A stretch of 62,448 nt of DNA, counting the filler, from Ionaspis alba (Eukaryota), in assembly GCA_964255285.1 (NCBI GenBank). It is 4 parts of 4 records of this genome, joined end to end, with 100 filler letters (N's around TTAATTAATTAA, not from the genome) between each part and the next. Parts side by side here need not be neighbours in the genome. Positions count along the whole stretch, not along the records: positions 1 to 15,542 come from CAXUUL010000372.1; positions 15,643 to 31,183 come from CAXUUL010000373.1; 2 more parts are not named here. One strand, written 5' to 3'. Within the stretch, counting starts at the first letter, position 1; every line of letters starts with the position of its first letter. The position numbers and the translations under genes were made by a program. The notes beneath the pieces are model-generated. The model worked only from the letters and a program-made list of their open reading frames with translations, searched no databases and was not told where the DNA came from. Below are positions 12,419-24,149 of this stretch, piece by piece.

Positions 12419-14574
12419 ATGCCTCATAGCGATTCTGGGCAACTTTTTGCAGTTACGTTCGATGGTCTGAACAAAACAGAAAATATCGAAGCACTCATCA
12501 CAGATCACGTTGTGGGCAACGTACTTCTCTCCTCGAGCAATCTTCACGGTAGGGTCAAGAAACCATATTCTCTGTCGAGAAGGGTTTCTATACTGATACG
12601 CAGTCCAGATTATACCCAGACGAAGCAATTGACCCTCGCACTCCAGCAATGCGCTCACGCTTCAGGAAGTTCGCTTCCTCTTCTAATAGGCATGGCTCAG
12701 AAGGGCGGCTTGGTGAGGATGCTTCTTTTCTAAAGCATGCTTTCGAGGCCTCGATCAGCCCAACGCTTTCAGGCTGCTAAAGTGGAACTCCTCGACTTGG
12801 ATTGTCGATATCCGGGATTATGTGCAACTCCAAGATTCAAAATTCTTGGTTGTAATAGCGCTTGCTTTATTCGAAGAGCATACAATACATCCCACGATAT
12901 TCTTTGTTGACCTGGACACATATCTCTACTGGAATTCCCAACACATCATTCCGCATGTCTCTTTAAAGAATAGACCTAGTACTCCAATGCGTTTCTATGC
13001 TCATAGCCTTCGTTATTGAGTTTCGTGTCACCGCGATCGCAACTTAGGGCAACATACCTAGGGTGAACGATGGGATTACTTTGAGCTTCAAATGCTTCTT
13101 CCCGACAGGCATACTCCGCTGTCGGACGGGAGATTGAGTGACTCGTTTATTGATATGAATAGGAAGCTAAGACAATCGCTGAATCCAGGTCAGCCACTCA
13201 TCCAATCAATCGCTTTTCAGCTGCTCCCCCAGTCTATCAGGTCTCGCAGCCGGCGGATCAACATCAAGAACAAGCCAAGTCGGGGAGGCGGCGGGCAAGG
13301 AGCTAGCTACTATTGGTGCCAACTGGGACCTCTCGAATGTCATCGATATTCTCACGGATCTGACCGAGCCCTCAGACGCGACCCAAAGATACAGTAATGA
13401 TGTGGACACAGTCCGAAACTTCGCCCTCGCTTTTGCAAAAGGGCTGCATGAGGGTGGCATCAAGAGCTGCGCTGTGGAAGCTTTGACATTATCGTTGCAG
13501 GACATGTATCGGCAAACCATTGACGATGGGGAACAGGATCACGATGTGGCGTCACCGCAAGAGAATGAGATATTCATACTTAGGCATCTTCTGGAGAGCA
13601 ACGCCCTGGACAGCCTAATGCTCTCTTCCTGTATCTACGATTTTGAAGATAGGAACAGGTCAAGAAAGTCAATCAGTCTCGTTATCGAGCACCTTATCCG
13701 AGGACTGTTGCGATTCGAAGGACCGGTCATTACGGACTTCTCTGCGCTCGATTCTGACAGCACCATGTGCGCGACTCATGCGCCGCTTCACGCGCTACTA
13801 GCTGGATGTGACATGGTCTGTCTTCCCCGCGATTTTAACGTACAGATTGCCAGCATCCATGCTGTTCGCGCTGCTATAGAAGCAAACGTTCTTTCTCCAA
13901 CCGCCGTGACTGCTTCGAGCAATCGGGTAATAGCTCTGAAATCACAGATCCAGACTTCTTTCCCCACTCTGTCTGGCTCTACGGATGAGCTTTCATCTTT
14001 GGTCGCATCCCATATACCCCTCATGCAGACTGCTTATCGGGACTCAATCGTTACTCTACAAACAACATCCTCGCCGCTGCCTTCTCTCACAGGGAACTTG
14101 GTCCTCCTACTGCTTTCGCCTTCCGTACCCGTGCTCGACACTAGGACTGGGCAATCAGATCCATTTGAGCCCCTAGGACGAGCCATAGCCCGCACTCAAC
14201 CTCGTATCCGGCACGTTCCGTACACATTGTCATCAGGTCTGACACCCACCCATTTAGCATTTCTTCGACGAGCAGGCGCCGTTGTCCTTGTGCTGGCTTG
14301 TCCCAGTAGCGCCTTGATTGACGTCCAAATGGAAGTTTGGAGAGACGTCGAACATGTCTTGACTGATATGGACCAGCAAAGCGGACAAAAGGTAAAAAGG
14401 GTTGTAATGAGTGCTGGTGATGTGAGAGATCTGGCTCATGGAGATATGCTGGATAAGGGTTGGTGGGCTGTTGCGTGCTGGGACTATACAAGAGGTGCTC
14501 TGGAAGCGGTTGCGGAGGTTATAACTGGACAAAGAGAGGCGACCGGGAGGCTCCCGATATATCTGCGACGATAG
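12419..14574 (+). CDS. GH3 beta-N-acetylglucosaminidase (NagZ/Ngs1)-like protein with a degenerate active site; exons ~12419-12548, 12609-12712, 13189-14574
   Basis: GQLFAVTFDG, VGNVLL, LPLLIGMAQKGGL|VS, ELATIGANW, FAKGLHEGGI, RGLLRFEGPVITD, ALLAGCDM follow the GH3 N-terminal barrel order; the C-terminal alpha/beta domain ends CWDYTRGALEAVAEVITG..ATGRLP. Confidence 0.8.
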
Positions 14575-14869
14575 TAGAGGGTGAAGTGCATGGTATAAGA
14601 TGTATGATTTACAATAACATTCATGTAGTCGACTATGCACATCAGAATGCCATACTTTTGACGTTTTGAAGACGAGCAACAAGTGCAATAGGGCTGCATG
14701 CTCAGTTTATAATTGTCGATTCAACCACGTGCCATGACAAAGGGGGCTGACCTTGGCATGTAAACTGTGACTAGGGGCTCCGCTAATGACTTTTGGCGAA
14801 TCGGAGAATTTTCGACATCGTTTGTGCTACCAAGACCTCAAAGCATACGATCTCTACAATACTCCCAAA

Positions 14870-15542
14870 ATGGCACCCAACAGAGGCCCGCCTACAAAAT
14901 CTTCGGGGAAAAGATTCAGTTCCCGCAAATCATCCCTTCCTGCGAAGTCCTCGAAGTCCAGCAAACCCTCGAATGTTGGCACTAAAGGTCGAGTTACCCG
15001 AAAGCCACCCACAAAACAGCAGAAGACAAAATCTTCCACAGCATCAGCAAAGAAAAAGCGTCGAATCTACACCGAGAAAGAGCTGGACCTACCGACGCTG
15101 AACATGATCACACCGGTGGGAGTGGCAAAACCCAAGGGTAAAAAGCGGGGCAAGGTTTTCGTGGATGATGCTGTAAGTCTGGCTATTTTCAATGACCCAG
15201 AAGCCGCTCAGAGAGCTCCGCTGGACGTAGTGGAATTCTGTGGGAGGGATTGAGATAGGACTGAGCTAATTACTCATTATGGTCTAGGAAAGTATGATGA
15301 CCATCCTTGCGATTGTGAATGCAGACAAAGAAGGCCAGATTGAGAGCAAGATGATGAAGAGTCGGCAGATGGAAGAGATCAGGGAGGCCAGGAAGGCGGA
15401 GGCTGAGAAGAGGGTACGGGAGAAGAAGGGGAAATTGGTTAGTCTTAATTCTGGGTAAGGATTGGACTTCGACAGACGCTGACGATTTGGTAGGAGGAAG
15501 CAAAGGACTCGGTGAGAAAGAAGAGGAAAAGGGGGCAAGATG
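14870..15542 (+). CDS. loc1: 60S ribosomal subunit assembly/export protein Loc1, 3' end cut by scaffold end
   Basis: [72 protein letters not shown]; highly basic. Confidence 0.85.
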
Positions 15543-15642
15543 NNNNNNNNNNNNNNNNNNNNNNNNNNNNNNNNNNNNNNNNNNNNTTAATTAATTAANN
15601 NNNNNNNNNNNNNNNNNNNNNNNNNNNNNNNNNNNNNNNNNN
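15543..15642. other. Artificial scaffold linker N44-TTAATTAATTAA-N44
   Basis: Six-frame-stop 12-mer at 15587-15598 centred in Ns. Confidence 0.97.
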
Positions 15643-16065
15643 CCTTGACTAATACGGCAATATTTGGCGACCCTCCCACCGACACCACTTTATCTATACC
15701 GAGTACGCTTTCAAGTGTATGGGTGTTGGAAAGACGTCTCATTTTGGAGCCATGGGACAGAGCTAATGGTAGTCGTAGATCATAGGCTAGAATTCAACGT
15801 AGCACATAAAAATAATGAAACAAGAAAATTAACAATAGATAAATAGATGCGCTTCGCATCAGGCAAACAGTGGTATCATCTCAATCATAGCACGCAAGAA
15901 CACCGCACCCCCAATCCCATCAGACCTTCCTCTTGTCTCAAAGACAGTATCCAGGACCCAACTCCGATAGCGCAGAAGAAAGAAATTAATCTCTTTCCAT
16001 GAGGTTCAGAAGACCGCCCATACCGCTGAATGCAGAGTCTCGCATCAAAGGTTTCCATCAGATCA

Positions 16066-18445
16066 TTACTTCCGGTACTGTGGAAGGCTTTCCAGATTCT
16101 CGTGATTTCGTGAAGTACCAGGTGTTTCGAGGAACGCATCGGCGTCGTATGGCTCAAAATCGTGGTCTTCAGTGAGGACGGGAGCACTTGGAGTTGGTAG
16201 ATTAGCTCGGGAGGAGCTCGAAGCTCCGTTCCCTTCCTCCTCCTCGCCATCGTCGTCAGGAGCACTGGCTGCTGCGAGAAGTCGTTGTCGCTCAATTTCT
16301 TGTTTGTCGTCATTCGGACCACCTAGTCGAGACGATTGTTGGGCAATGCGTCCTTCAATAGGACCGGCATGGTGATCCCCAGATGCATTGGAACTAGGCA
16401 TCATTGGGTCAGTTGCTGCAGGATAGGCATATGCCGGTGCGCTGGGTCCGCTGTATTCGTAGGGCGTCTCGAGTGCAGCTAAAGGCGGTGCAGATGGTTG
16501 AGCTTCTGGTGGCAGCGAGGATTCGCCCTCCTCCATTGGAGGCGCGCTGGGCAGGAGTTGTTCTTCAGCTCTTCGTATCCGTGCTTTCTCATCAACAGGC
16601 TCCTCGAGCTGTGGCGGAGTCATGAAAGCTGGATGAGTAGAGGAATCACGGATACGCGAGTTGCGATTGCTGTTACTTAAGACAGACTCGACACCTTCGC
16701 CACTGTCCCGGTAGCCATAAGAGTGACGTCTTTCCTGGAAACATCGTTCCTCATGTGACTTTCGCGGATCGTAGATACTGGTTTCGACTCGTTGTACAGT
16801 TGCATTGTCATCCCAGACGTCACTTGTTTTTCGAACATTCTTGCGTTGGCTGTCCCTTGTGCCAACGATCACCTCAAAGGTACAGGCAATGACGCTTCTG
16901 TCCCTTCGGATCTGAGCGGTGTCCTGGATTTCCATACCATTGGATTGATTGTTGTTTCGTGTGCCACCGTAGTTGTGGCCATTGTTTTGTAAATATCCGA
17001 AAGGAGCAGGGGCGTCTGTTATGCTGATCTTCGGGAGGAAACGATCTTGACCTGCGAGCTTGCCTTGTAGATCCATGACGACTTCCACATAGTAGTGAAA
17101 ACTGATAATGTTCCCAGGAACAGAGGAAATGGTGGGGAAGATGTCCTCAGGTACAGGGATTGAGGTCTTCACGACAGTGCTCAAAGTCGTAGGATCTATG
17201 ATCAAAGGTGCGAAAGTCTGGGACAGATCCATACGAAAAACCTGACTTGAGCCTGCAGATGAGAGCGATAATCCGCCAAGGCCTGTGCGAGATTTCGGGT
17301 AGAAGTCTTCATAGACTGGGGTCTTGCCTTTAACCGATGGTCCGAGAGGTATAGCGGGATGCGTATCAATGCGTGCGAGACGGTAGAACGTAATGATGAT
17401 ACCCTGAACGCTTTTGATGGCCTTTGCATGGTCTATCGAAATTTTCACAGGAATCGCATCACCTGGTAGACATCCTCCTCTTTGTAGCTCTGCAGTCGCT
17501 GAAATGGTCTTATCCGTTCGAGTGATTGCAGTTTTGGCACTTTCCGGTTCTGCGTTATTCCTCGACAAAGCGCTGACCACCTTAGAGCTCCTATTGCTGC
17601 TGCCCACAGCACTTATTATACTGGGCTCGCTGGGAACAGGACTTCGAAGAGGTTCTTCTGGGACCCGAGGCGCGGAAGAGCTCGAACTGGTCCTGTACGA
17701 GGTAGGCCGGGCATCTTTGTTGGCCGTTTGATTGGGGTCGGTGCCCTCCAAGGAAGACCTCTTGCTTTGTGTTACTGCTTTAGTTCTTCGAGGAATGGGC
17801 TCGAGTGTAATTATTCTTGGCTTTGGTCGGCGCAACTGTGATATGTCCACGGCTTCGACGACATAGATCTTGCGATCACAGCTTGAGGTCGGATTGATTG
17901 TCGTTGGACGTGTAAGAGTCGAAGTGATCATATACGAAATTGTCCCTCGCTCGAACTATTTCTCTGTAGTCAGCACTAGATCTATCAACAGAGCTGACCA
18001 TACTCACGTCAATGCTACTGGGCAGGCCTCTTGGTGGGAGTTGCACATCGAATTTGAAAGAGTATACGCCGATACTCAGTCGACCCTCGCCACACAACAC
18101 CACTTCATCTTCAAACAATCCAGCAAGGCCGTTGCCCCAATATTCTGTACCCCTCTTTCCCCTTCCCGTGCCTGCAAATCCACCATCTCTCGATATGCCA
18201 TCCCCAGGCGAATTGCAGTTCCTGAAGACCTTCACGAAGCCATGCAAGCACAGTACGAGGTGAGTGACCCGTACGGGCTTGTGGATGGTCAAGAAGACCG
18301 ACCCTTTGATTGCATCACCGGGGAAGAATTGTCGGTGAGGCTCATCAAGCTGGATATGGAAATCAGATATATTCCGAGTCTTGTTCGTGAATGGAGATGT
18401 GATCCGGGATAAGAGCGACCAAGAAGACGAGGGAGAATGGGACAT
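16066..18445 (-). CDS. palF: pH-response arrestin PalF/Rim8; one intron near 17960-18008
   Basis: Arrestin N and C domains: IQLDEPHRQFFPGDAIKGSV, LFEDEVVLCGEGRL, GLPSSID|FERGTISYMITSTLTRPT, GGCLPGDAIPVKISIDH, YPKSRTGLGGLSLSSAGS; C-terminal PSAP motifs and LPQYRK. Confidence 0.92.
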
Positions 18446-18846
18446 CTAAGTCGTAGTGTTTCTTGCAACATTAACCAAATGCACGGTCGCCTCCTGTGAC
18501 ACGACAACGATACCTCGCCGCTCAGAGGATGCGTGGTCGGCGATATATTTCTATAGAATTAATTCAGCACATCTGCAAGATCAGTCAGGTTCGAGTCGCG
18601 AGGTATGACGCCAGCCAGCGCAAATAGGCGTAGGCATGGCCACACCAACCATCCGCGCGGCCGGCCGATCGACGACGGCATTGTCGCAGGCGGTGTCCAT
18701 CATCCTCGATAGATTATCTCGACAGCGCCCGACAAATTTGCAAGGTGCTCGCTGTAACGATAGGAGTGTATGGAGCAGATTCCATACCTGTGTCAACTGC
18801 TTGAGACTTCCCAACTCCGGCCGATCCTCCCAAGAATGACCCGCAC

Positions 18847-18865
18847 TGCCAAGTAGATGCCAAGT
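18847..18865 (+). promoter_or_regulatory. Tandem PacC/Rim101 consensus sites (TGCCAAGT x2) ~400 bp upstream of palF
   Basis: TGCCAAGT at 18847-18854 and 18858-18865; both match GCCARG/TGCCAAG. Confidence 0.6.
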
Positions 18866-20198
18866 CTCGTGCCTTTTCACTCGTTTGGGATTTTGTGGAG
18901 CGAAGACTTATAGTGTCTCGATCAAGCATTCCCTCTCGTGCGACTACTTCACCTTCCAATCGATATGCGTTTTAACGGTTTCGTTGACCTCAACAACTGT
19001 TCCTCCAGATATGTGTAGTCGAACAAGTGGTACGTTGCAGCGGGAGGGAGAACTGGCAGGGCCACTTGAGCTGAATATAGATCTCACGATCGGAGGTGGG
19101 AGCGAACCCAGTTCGGGACTGGCTTCCAATGGATCGGTTGCTCATTCCATCAACCTCCTCACTCCCGAGGAAGCAATGTAGTATGGGCTACAATCTCCTT
19201 TCACCTATACACAGGGTCACTATGCATATTGTACACAGTCCCGTGCACAGGTGCAGTACCTCAGCTGAAGATCAGGAGCTACACCGCCGGTCGACCCCGC
19301 GCAGAAGTTGTTCGACTCAGAGTTTGCGGTATGCTGCGGAGATGTCTCCGAGGGCGCCCTTCACTCGCGAAAATTATCAACTTGTTGATCCTTCGAGGTC
19401 AAGTGCTGTTTTTAGTGATGTATGCCTCAACGGCTGCAGACGAACCCTCATTTACTTGTCCACTATGTTGGTCTGCTTAAGAGGATACTGCACCAACTTT
19501 GAACGCTACACATGTCCTTCCTTCCAATGCCTGTGCGCTTCACATAGTCGTACTATCATCGGATCAATTTGTGGCTAAGCCTGCACTATGTATATCGTGG
19601 TCTTGGACAATGCCTGTGCCTTGTTTTGATCAACCTCTTCGAGCTTTGCTGCTGGACCCTGGGCCCTCGAGCTGCCTAAGGCGAATAGGCGCGAATCTGA
19701 GTAATTACTGAAGTAGTAGCCTTGATCGTTTTCATCGACGTGAACAGCCGACGGGATGAAGTTGCAGCTGATACGAGGCTACCGAGGAGCTGTCCTGCTA
19801 CACTTCAGCAATAGCCGGGACCTGCAAGTTTACCAACTTCTTCATCAGCCAAATATTCCGACCTTCGAATGGTGCTTTCCGGGCTTCTAGAATGCTAATT
19901 CGAACAATCAAGGATAATCGAATCTCTCTACGGCGATGTTGGGATTCGAAGGAATTGGCGGACTCTTTGTGCTGACACGCACTTCAGCGGTCAGAACGCT
20001 ACAATCGATTCTGCGAGGCAGCGATCACCGAAAAGAGATAGAGAGAAGAAGATTCTTTGCGCTCCAGATAGTGTCTCATCGCAAAAACAACGCATTGTAT
20101 GTGAATATTCCCAGAGCAAAGACCCAATAATATGGATAAGCGAAAAGAACATCGAACAAACAGCAGCAGCAGCACACCAACAGCACATCTACTCTCCA

Positions 20199-20929
20199 TC
20201 ACAACTCTCTCAACCCCTCTCCTTCCACATACTCATCCCCATAACATTCTACCCTGACCCTCTCCACAGCTTCCCGATCCCCACCCGTAACATCCCTCAA
20301 ATACTCCTCCAAGCAATAAATGTTATCCGTCCACCTCTCCGCCTTGACCTTTAACACTTCCAACTCCTTCTTTTTCCTCACCACCTCCGCCGGATCACAC
20401 TCACTATACCCCGCCAACTCTCCCCTCAAGTTCTTCACCTCAACCTCTAAGACCTCATATCTAGCCAACATCTCCATCCTTCCTGCACCGTCGTCTCCGA
20501 CCCTACCAACCTTCGCACTCTTAATCGCCACCTCCAATTCCTCCTTCGTTGCCTCGACTTTGTTCCTCTCTGCCCTCAAAGTTTCCAGAACACACTCTTT
20601 GGCTTTCTTCTCCTCGGACATGAAACTCCAATACCAGTTTCCGCTTCCGATCTTCTCGACTCGGATCTGGCCCTCGTCGCTGAGTGCTTGAATGTAGTCT
20701 TTCACCTGCATGCCATTGATTGAGGCTACACTAGGGAGAACCTTTTCCAGTTCTTTGAGTGTGAAGACCGTATTGCTTGTGCGGAGGTAGGAGAGGATGA
20801 GGGCTTGTTTCGCGGCTGGAGGTAGAGTTTTAGGAGCCTGGTAATGGGAGAGTTATTAGCCGGACTAACGGGGAGAGTGCGAGGGAGTTGATGGTTAGCA
20901 GCTCAGCAATGTCGGGGCAGTGGTACCAT
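20199..20929 (-). CDS. mnd1: Meiotic nuclear division protein Mnd1; ATG-only first exon
   Basis: M|APKTLPPAAKQALILSYLRTSNTVFTLKELEKVLPSVASINGMQVKDYIQALSDEGQIRVEKIGSGNWYWSF...AERWTDNIYCL. Confidence 0.92.
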
Positions 20930-21635
20930 GGTGTCAGGAATGCGTATACGCTTGTAACTTAATTAGTTGGCTTAAGAGCAGAGCGACTATATTTGAAGTC
21001 TGGTCAAAAGTGTACAGTGCAAGTATCTAGGAAAGAGGTTTGGTGATACATATGAAAAATAAACGACAAAGGACTGTGGGCCTTGTGATCGCTGTGGACG
21101 TTGAGAATGGGGTTGGAAGGAGAGGTAATTTGAGATATGGAGGAATTCTAGGGCTTGAGATAAAACGCAGGGTCTGGATAGCCGAGACGACTAGATTCAA
21201 CGGCAAGATTGCACTATGAATACAGTAGCTATGCAGTGGGTGGAAAAAGTTCGTAGTCTGTCAAACAGATCGATTATAGTATGCCTGCTTGGATAGCTTC
21301 CTTTATGTCTCGAGCATTTGCGCAGTCTGTTGTGGTGTCAGTAGCCCTCGATTAGACCTTGCCACAGCCGAATCCTTCGTTAGAGCTCACGAGCAGTTTT
21401 CGTACCAGCGTTGGAGATCATGGTCTTATGTACATTCAATTTTTCAAGATGAGAATTTAGGAAAGGCTGAAAGAAAGCATGAGCTGGGTGGATCTAATAC
21501 CTATGGAGGTCAGCACCGAGTTCTTCGCGTCCATTGGAGAGGCAAAAGTTGCTCTTACCACCTGCTCACAACTGACAAGCTCGAATAGTCCAGCATCTAG
21601 ATCCACGACAAGGAATCCATCCAGTGGTCCGGGGC

Positions 21636-22286
21636 TCAGGTAGCTGGATCGTCCGACTCTCTATGATCGAGCTTCCTTCTCTTACGTCTCCTCGTCTCAC
21701 CGGATTTGATAGCCGCTCGACTTGTACTCCTAGTCCGGGATCGGGCAGGTTGCTGAAGAGGCTTGATATCTTCTTCTCCATGTATAGCACCAGCCTCTTT
21801 CACCTCCTCCCCCTCAACAAACACCATGTCTCCAGTTTCACCCAGTACTCCTTTCACAGTCTCCTCCAACAATATTCCTAGACCTAGCAGAGCTGTCTCG
21901 TCCATACTCCTAATATCAACCTGTCCTTTATCAAGAGTCGCCCGACCATAGAACTCAGCTGCATACGCGTGAACAGCTTTGAGGAGGTCCGAGTCGGGCA
22001 ATCGTTGCTGGTCGGTCAAGTCCTGATCAGCCGAGTATATGTCATCCTCTCCATAGAGTCGTGGAGCGTCTTTTCTCTTAAACAGGACTTCGTCCGGAAA
22101 AAGTGGTACAGAGCTGGAGGAAATGGTGCCTCTGTTTCTAGCGATGTAAGGAGTCTCGCGGATGAAGCCATTCGTGGTAATGCGTCCTAGTAAACCCATT
22201 AGAGAAGGCATAGTCTCAGCTAATGGTCTTAAGTTACCTGCTACAGCATCGTAGATATTGGCTTGTCGTTTTTGCTTTATGTCCAT
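21636..22286 (-). CDS. RNA polymerase I upstream activation factor subunit Rrn10-like; one intron ~22189-22237
   Basis: ANIYDAVAG|RI, PDEVLFKRK, LPDSDLLKAVHAYAAEFY, SMDETALLGLGILLEE motifs; basic NLS-like tail. Confidence 0.7.
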   Translation of the reverse strand: MDIKQKRQANIYDAVAGNLRPLAETMPSLMGLLGRITTNGFIRETPYIARNRGTISSSSVPLFPDEVLFKRKDAPRLYGEDDIYSADQDLTDQQRLPDSDLLKAVHAYAAEFYGRATLDKGQVDIRSMDETALLGLGILLEETVKGVLGETGDMVFVEGEEVKEAGAIHGEEDIKPLQQPARSRTRSTSRAAIKSGETRRRKRRKLDHRESDDPAT

Positions 22287-22586
22287 TCTACCTTCTCGAG
22301 TGAGGTCTTCGCGGGCATGCAGTAGCCCAAGACGCAAAAGCGGACATTGCTCCTAGTGCATCCTCTTTATCATAATCTTGAGAGGAAGATCAGTGATACA
22401 TGTTCTAAAGTTTCGAAGTTTGCGTTTTCATTTGGTATTCCAAGTGTGAAAAGGTATCGACTGGGCTACGTCACATAACCAACCAAAAGCCTACAAGGTT
22501 GAGGTGAGCCATTCCTCTAGACGTATTAAGCGAACTTGCTACGACGAGACAACTAATTGCTCAATCTACCAGCTAGACCCTAATGC

Positions 22587-24083
22587 ATGAATTCGTATTT
22601 ACTCAGCCGTTCTCTTGGAGCCTTCGGTCCTCAAGCGTTCCAGAGAGCGGAATCAGACCGGCTTCTCCACGCCATACAGCCAGCTCCCAATGTCAGATTC
22701 GACAATAGTGTCGGACCTTTACAAGAGAACTTGGCGCACAAGAATGGAAGCACTGACAACGAGCCTTCTGAGGTATGGGCTCATCGTGCTGGAGTGAATG
22801 CTTTGGTTATTGACAGGTTCGAAGGCCGATAGTAAGCGAGCCCCGATTCAAGTATTGGTAGACAGTGCTAACGAACTGCTTAGCTTGATATCAGGAGGTG
22901 CAGATGCATCTATCTCGCTGTGGGACCTCGAAAGCGTAGAAAATCCGCGCAAGGATTACATATATCATTCGATAGGGGCGGTGCAAAAGTAGGATTCATG
23001 TTTCCCGTATCTCTATCAAAGTTAAAGCAATGCCCCAGGTCTACCTCGTCTCATAGATTTGGCATCACGAGGTTATCATTCTATCCCTTTGACTCTTTCG
23101 CATTTCTATCCTCGTCCTACGACCATGCCTTGAAGCTCTATGCCACAGAGACTCTTCAAACGTCTGCGTCCTTCGACCTTGCCTCAGTTGTCTACTCCCA
23201 TGCCCTGTCTGCCATTGCTAGCCATCTTCTCGTTGCTTGTGCCACCCAACATCCAGCCGTCAGGCTGGTCGATCTGCGAACAGGGGCCAGTGCACATTCT
23301 CTTGCGGGTCATTCTGGCGCAGTACTCTCCGTAGCCTGGAGTCCGCGAGATGAGCACGTCCTTGCGAGTGGTGGCTCAGACGGTACTGTCAGACTGTGGG
23401 ACATCCGTCGAAGCGCGGGAAGCTTAGGCGTCCTCGATCTGGAAGATTCCCTGGGTGTTTTGGGAGAAGACGGCTTGGGAAAAGGAGCACGTCCACGAGA
23501 TAAGGGCAAAGCCCACGTTGGAGCCTGCAATGGTGTTGCATGGACAGATAAAGGGGATCATCTCGTAACCACTGGCCATGATGAGCGGGTCAGGGTCTGG
23601 CATGCTTTGACTGGTGCGAATGCACTGTCACATTTTGGGCCAGTGATAAAGAACAGCCACCTTTCTACCTCCTTGCCTTTGCTCGTACCTAGTCATGTCT
23701 CTTCTGCCGGCAGACAGATCATGTTCTATCCCAACGAGAAAGAGACTCTGATGTTTGATGTGTTTGAAGGGACTTTACTCAAGCGTCTTCGGACGCCAGG
23801 TATAGCTGTCGCCCAGGCACGTGGAAGTGTTGGTCAGCGAAACATAAAAGATAGAGTCACGTCCTTAGCATGGAGGGCTGGACATGTTGAGCTCTACTCT
23901 GCACACTCGGATGGTGTGATCCGTGCTTGGACGCCTAGGACGAAGGAGGACGAAAACTTCGTAAGGGAGGAGGCTGAAGAGGCTGAAGTCCCCCACAGTG
24001 AAGACGATAGCAGGAAGAGGAAGAGGCAGGCATTGGACGAAGTTTATAGGGACTTGACCAAGCAGAAGATCACGTTTACTTGA
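22587..24083 (+). CDS. rad28: WD40 DNA excision repair protein Rad28/Ckn1/ERCC8 (CSA); two introns
   Basis: AHRAGVNALVIDRFEGR|LISGGADASISLWDL, HRFGITRLSFYPFDS, HPAVRLVDLRTGASAHSLAGH, GSDGTVRLWDIRR. Confidence 0.88.
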
Positions 24084-24149
24084 GAGAGCGAAGTTGAGTA
24101 AGACATGTGGTCTCTCTTCATGCTTCCTGCCAGGGACAAGTCTGGCCAG

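Noticed and set aside
12713..13188. TPP riboswitch in the long GH3 intron
   Set aside because: The conserved CUGAGA and GAUAAU..CAGCG core elements were not found, and the gene is not thiamine-related.
2962..14574. Chitin/GlcNAc catabolic cluster (CE4 plus GH3-like)
   Set aside because: Separated by ~8 kb of unrelated housekeeping genes, with no hexokinase, GlcNAc-6-P deacetylase, deaminase or Ndt80-like regulator in the block.
15587..15598. TTAATTAATTAA palindromic repeat occurring three times at ~15.64-kb spacing
   Set aside because: Embedded symmetrically in Ns; a synthetic six-frame-stop linker, not a biological repeat or transposon target site.
18900..20190. Possible gene or relic between palF and mnd1
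   Set aside because: All frames are interrupted and no family motif was recognised.
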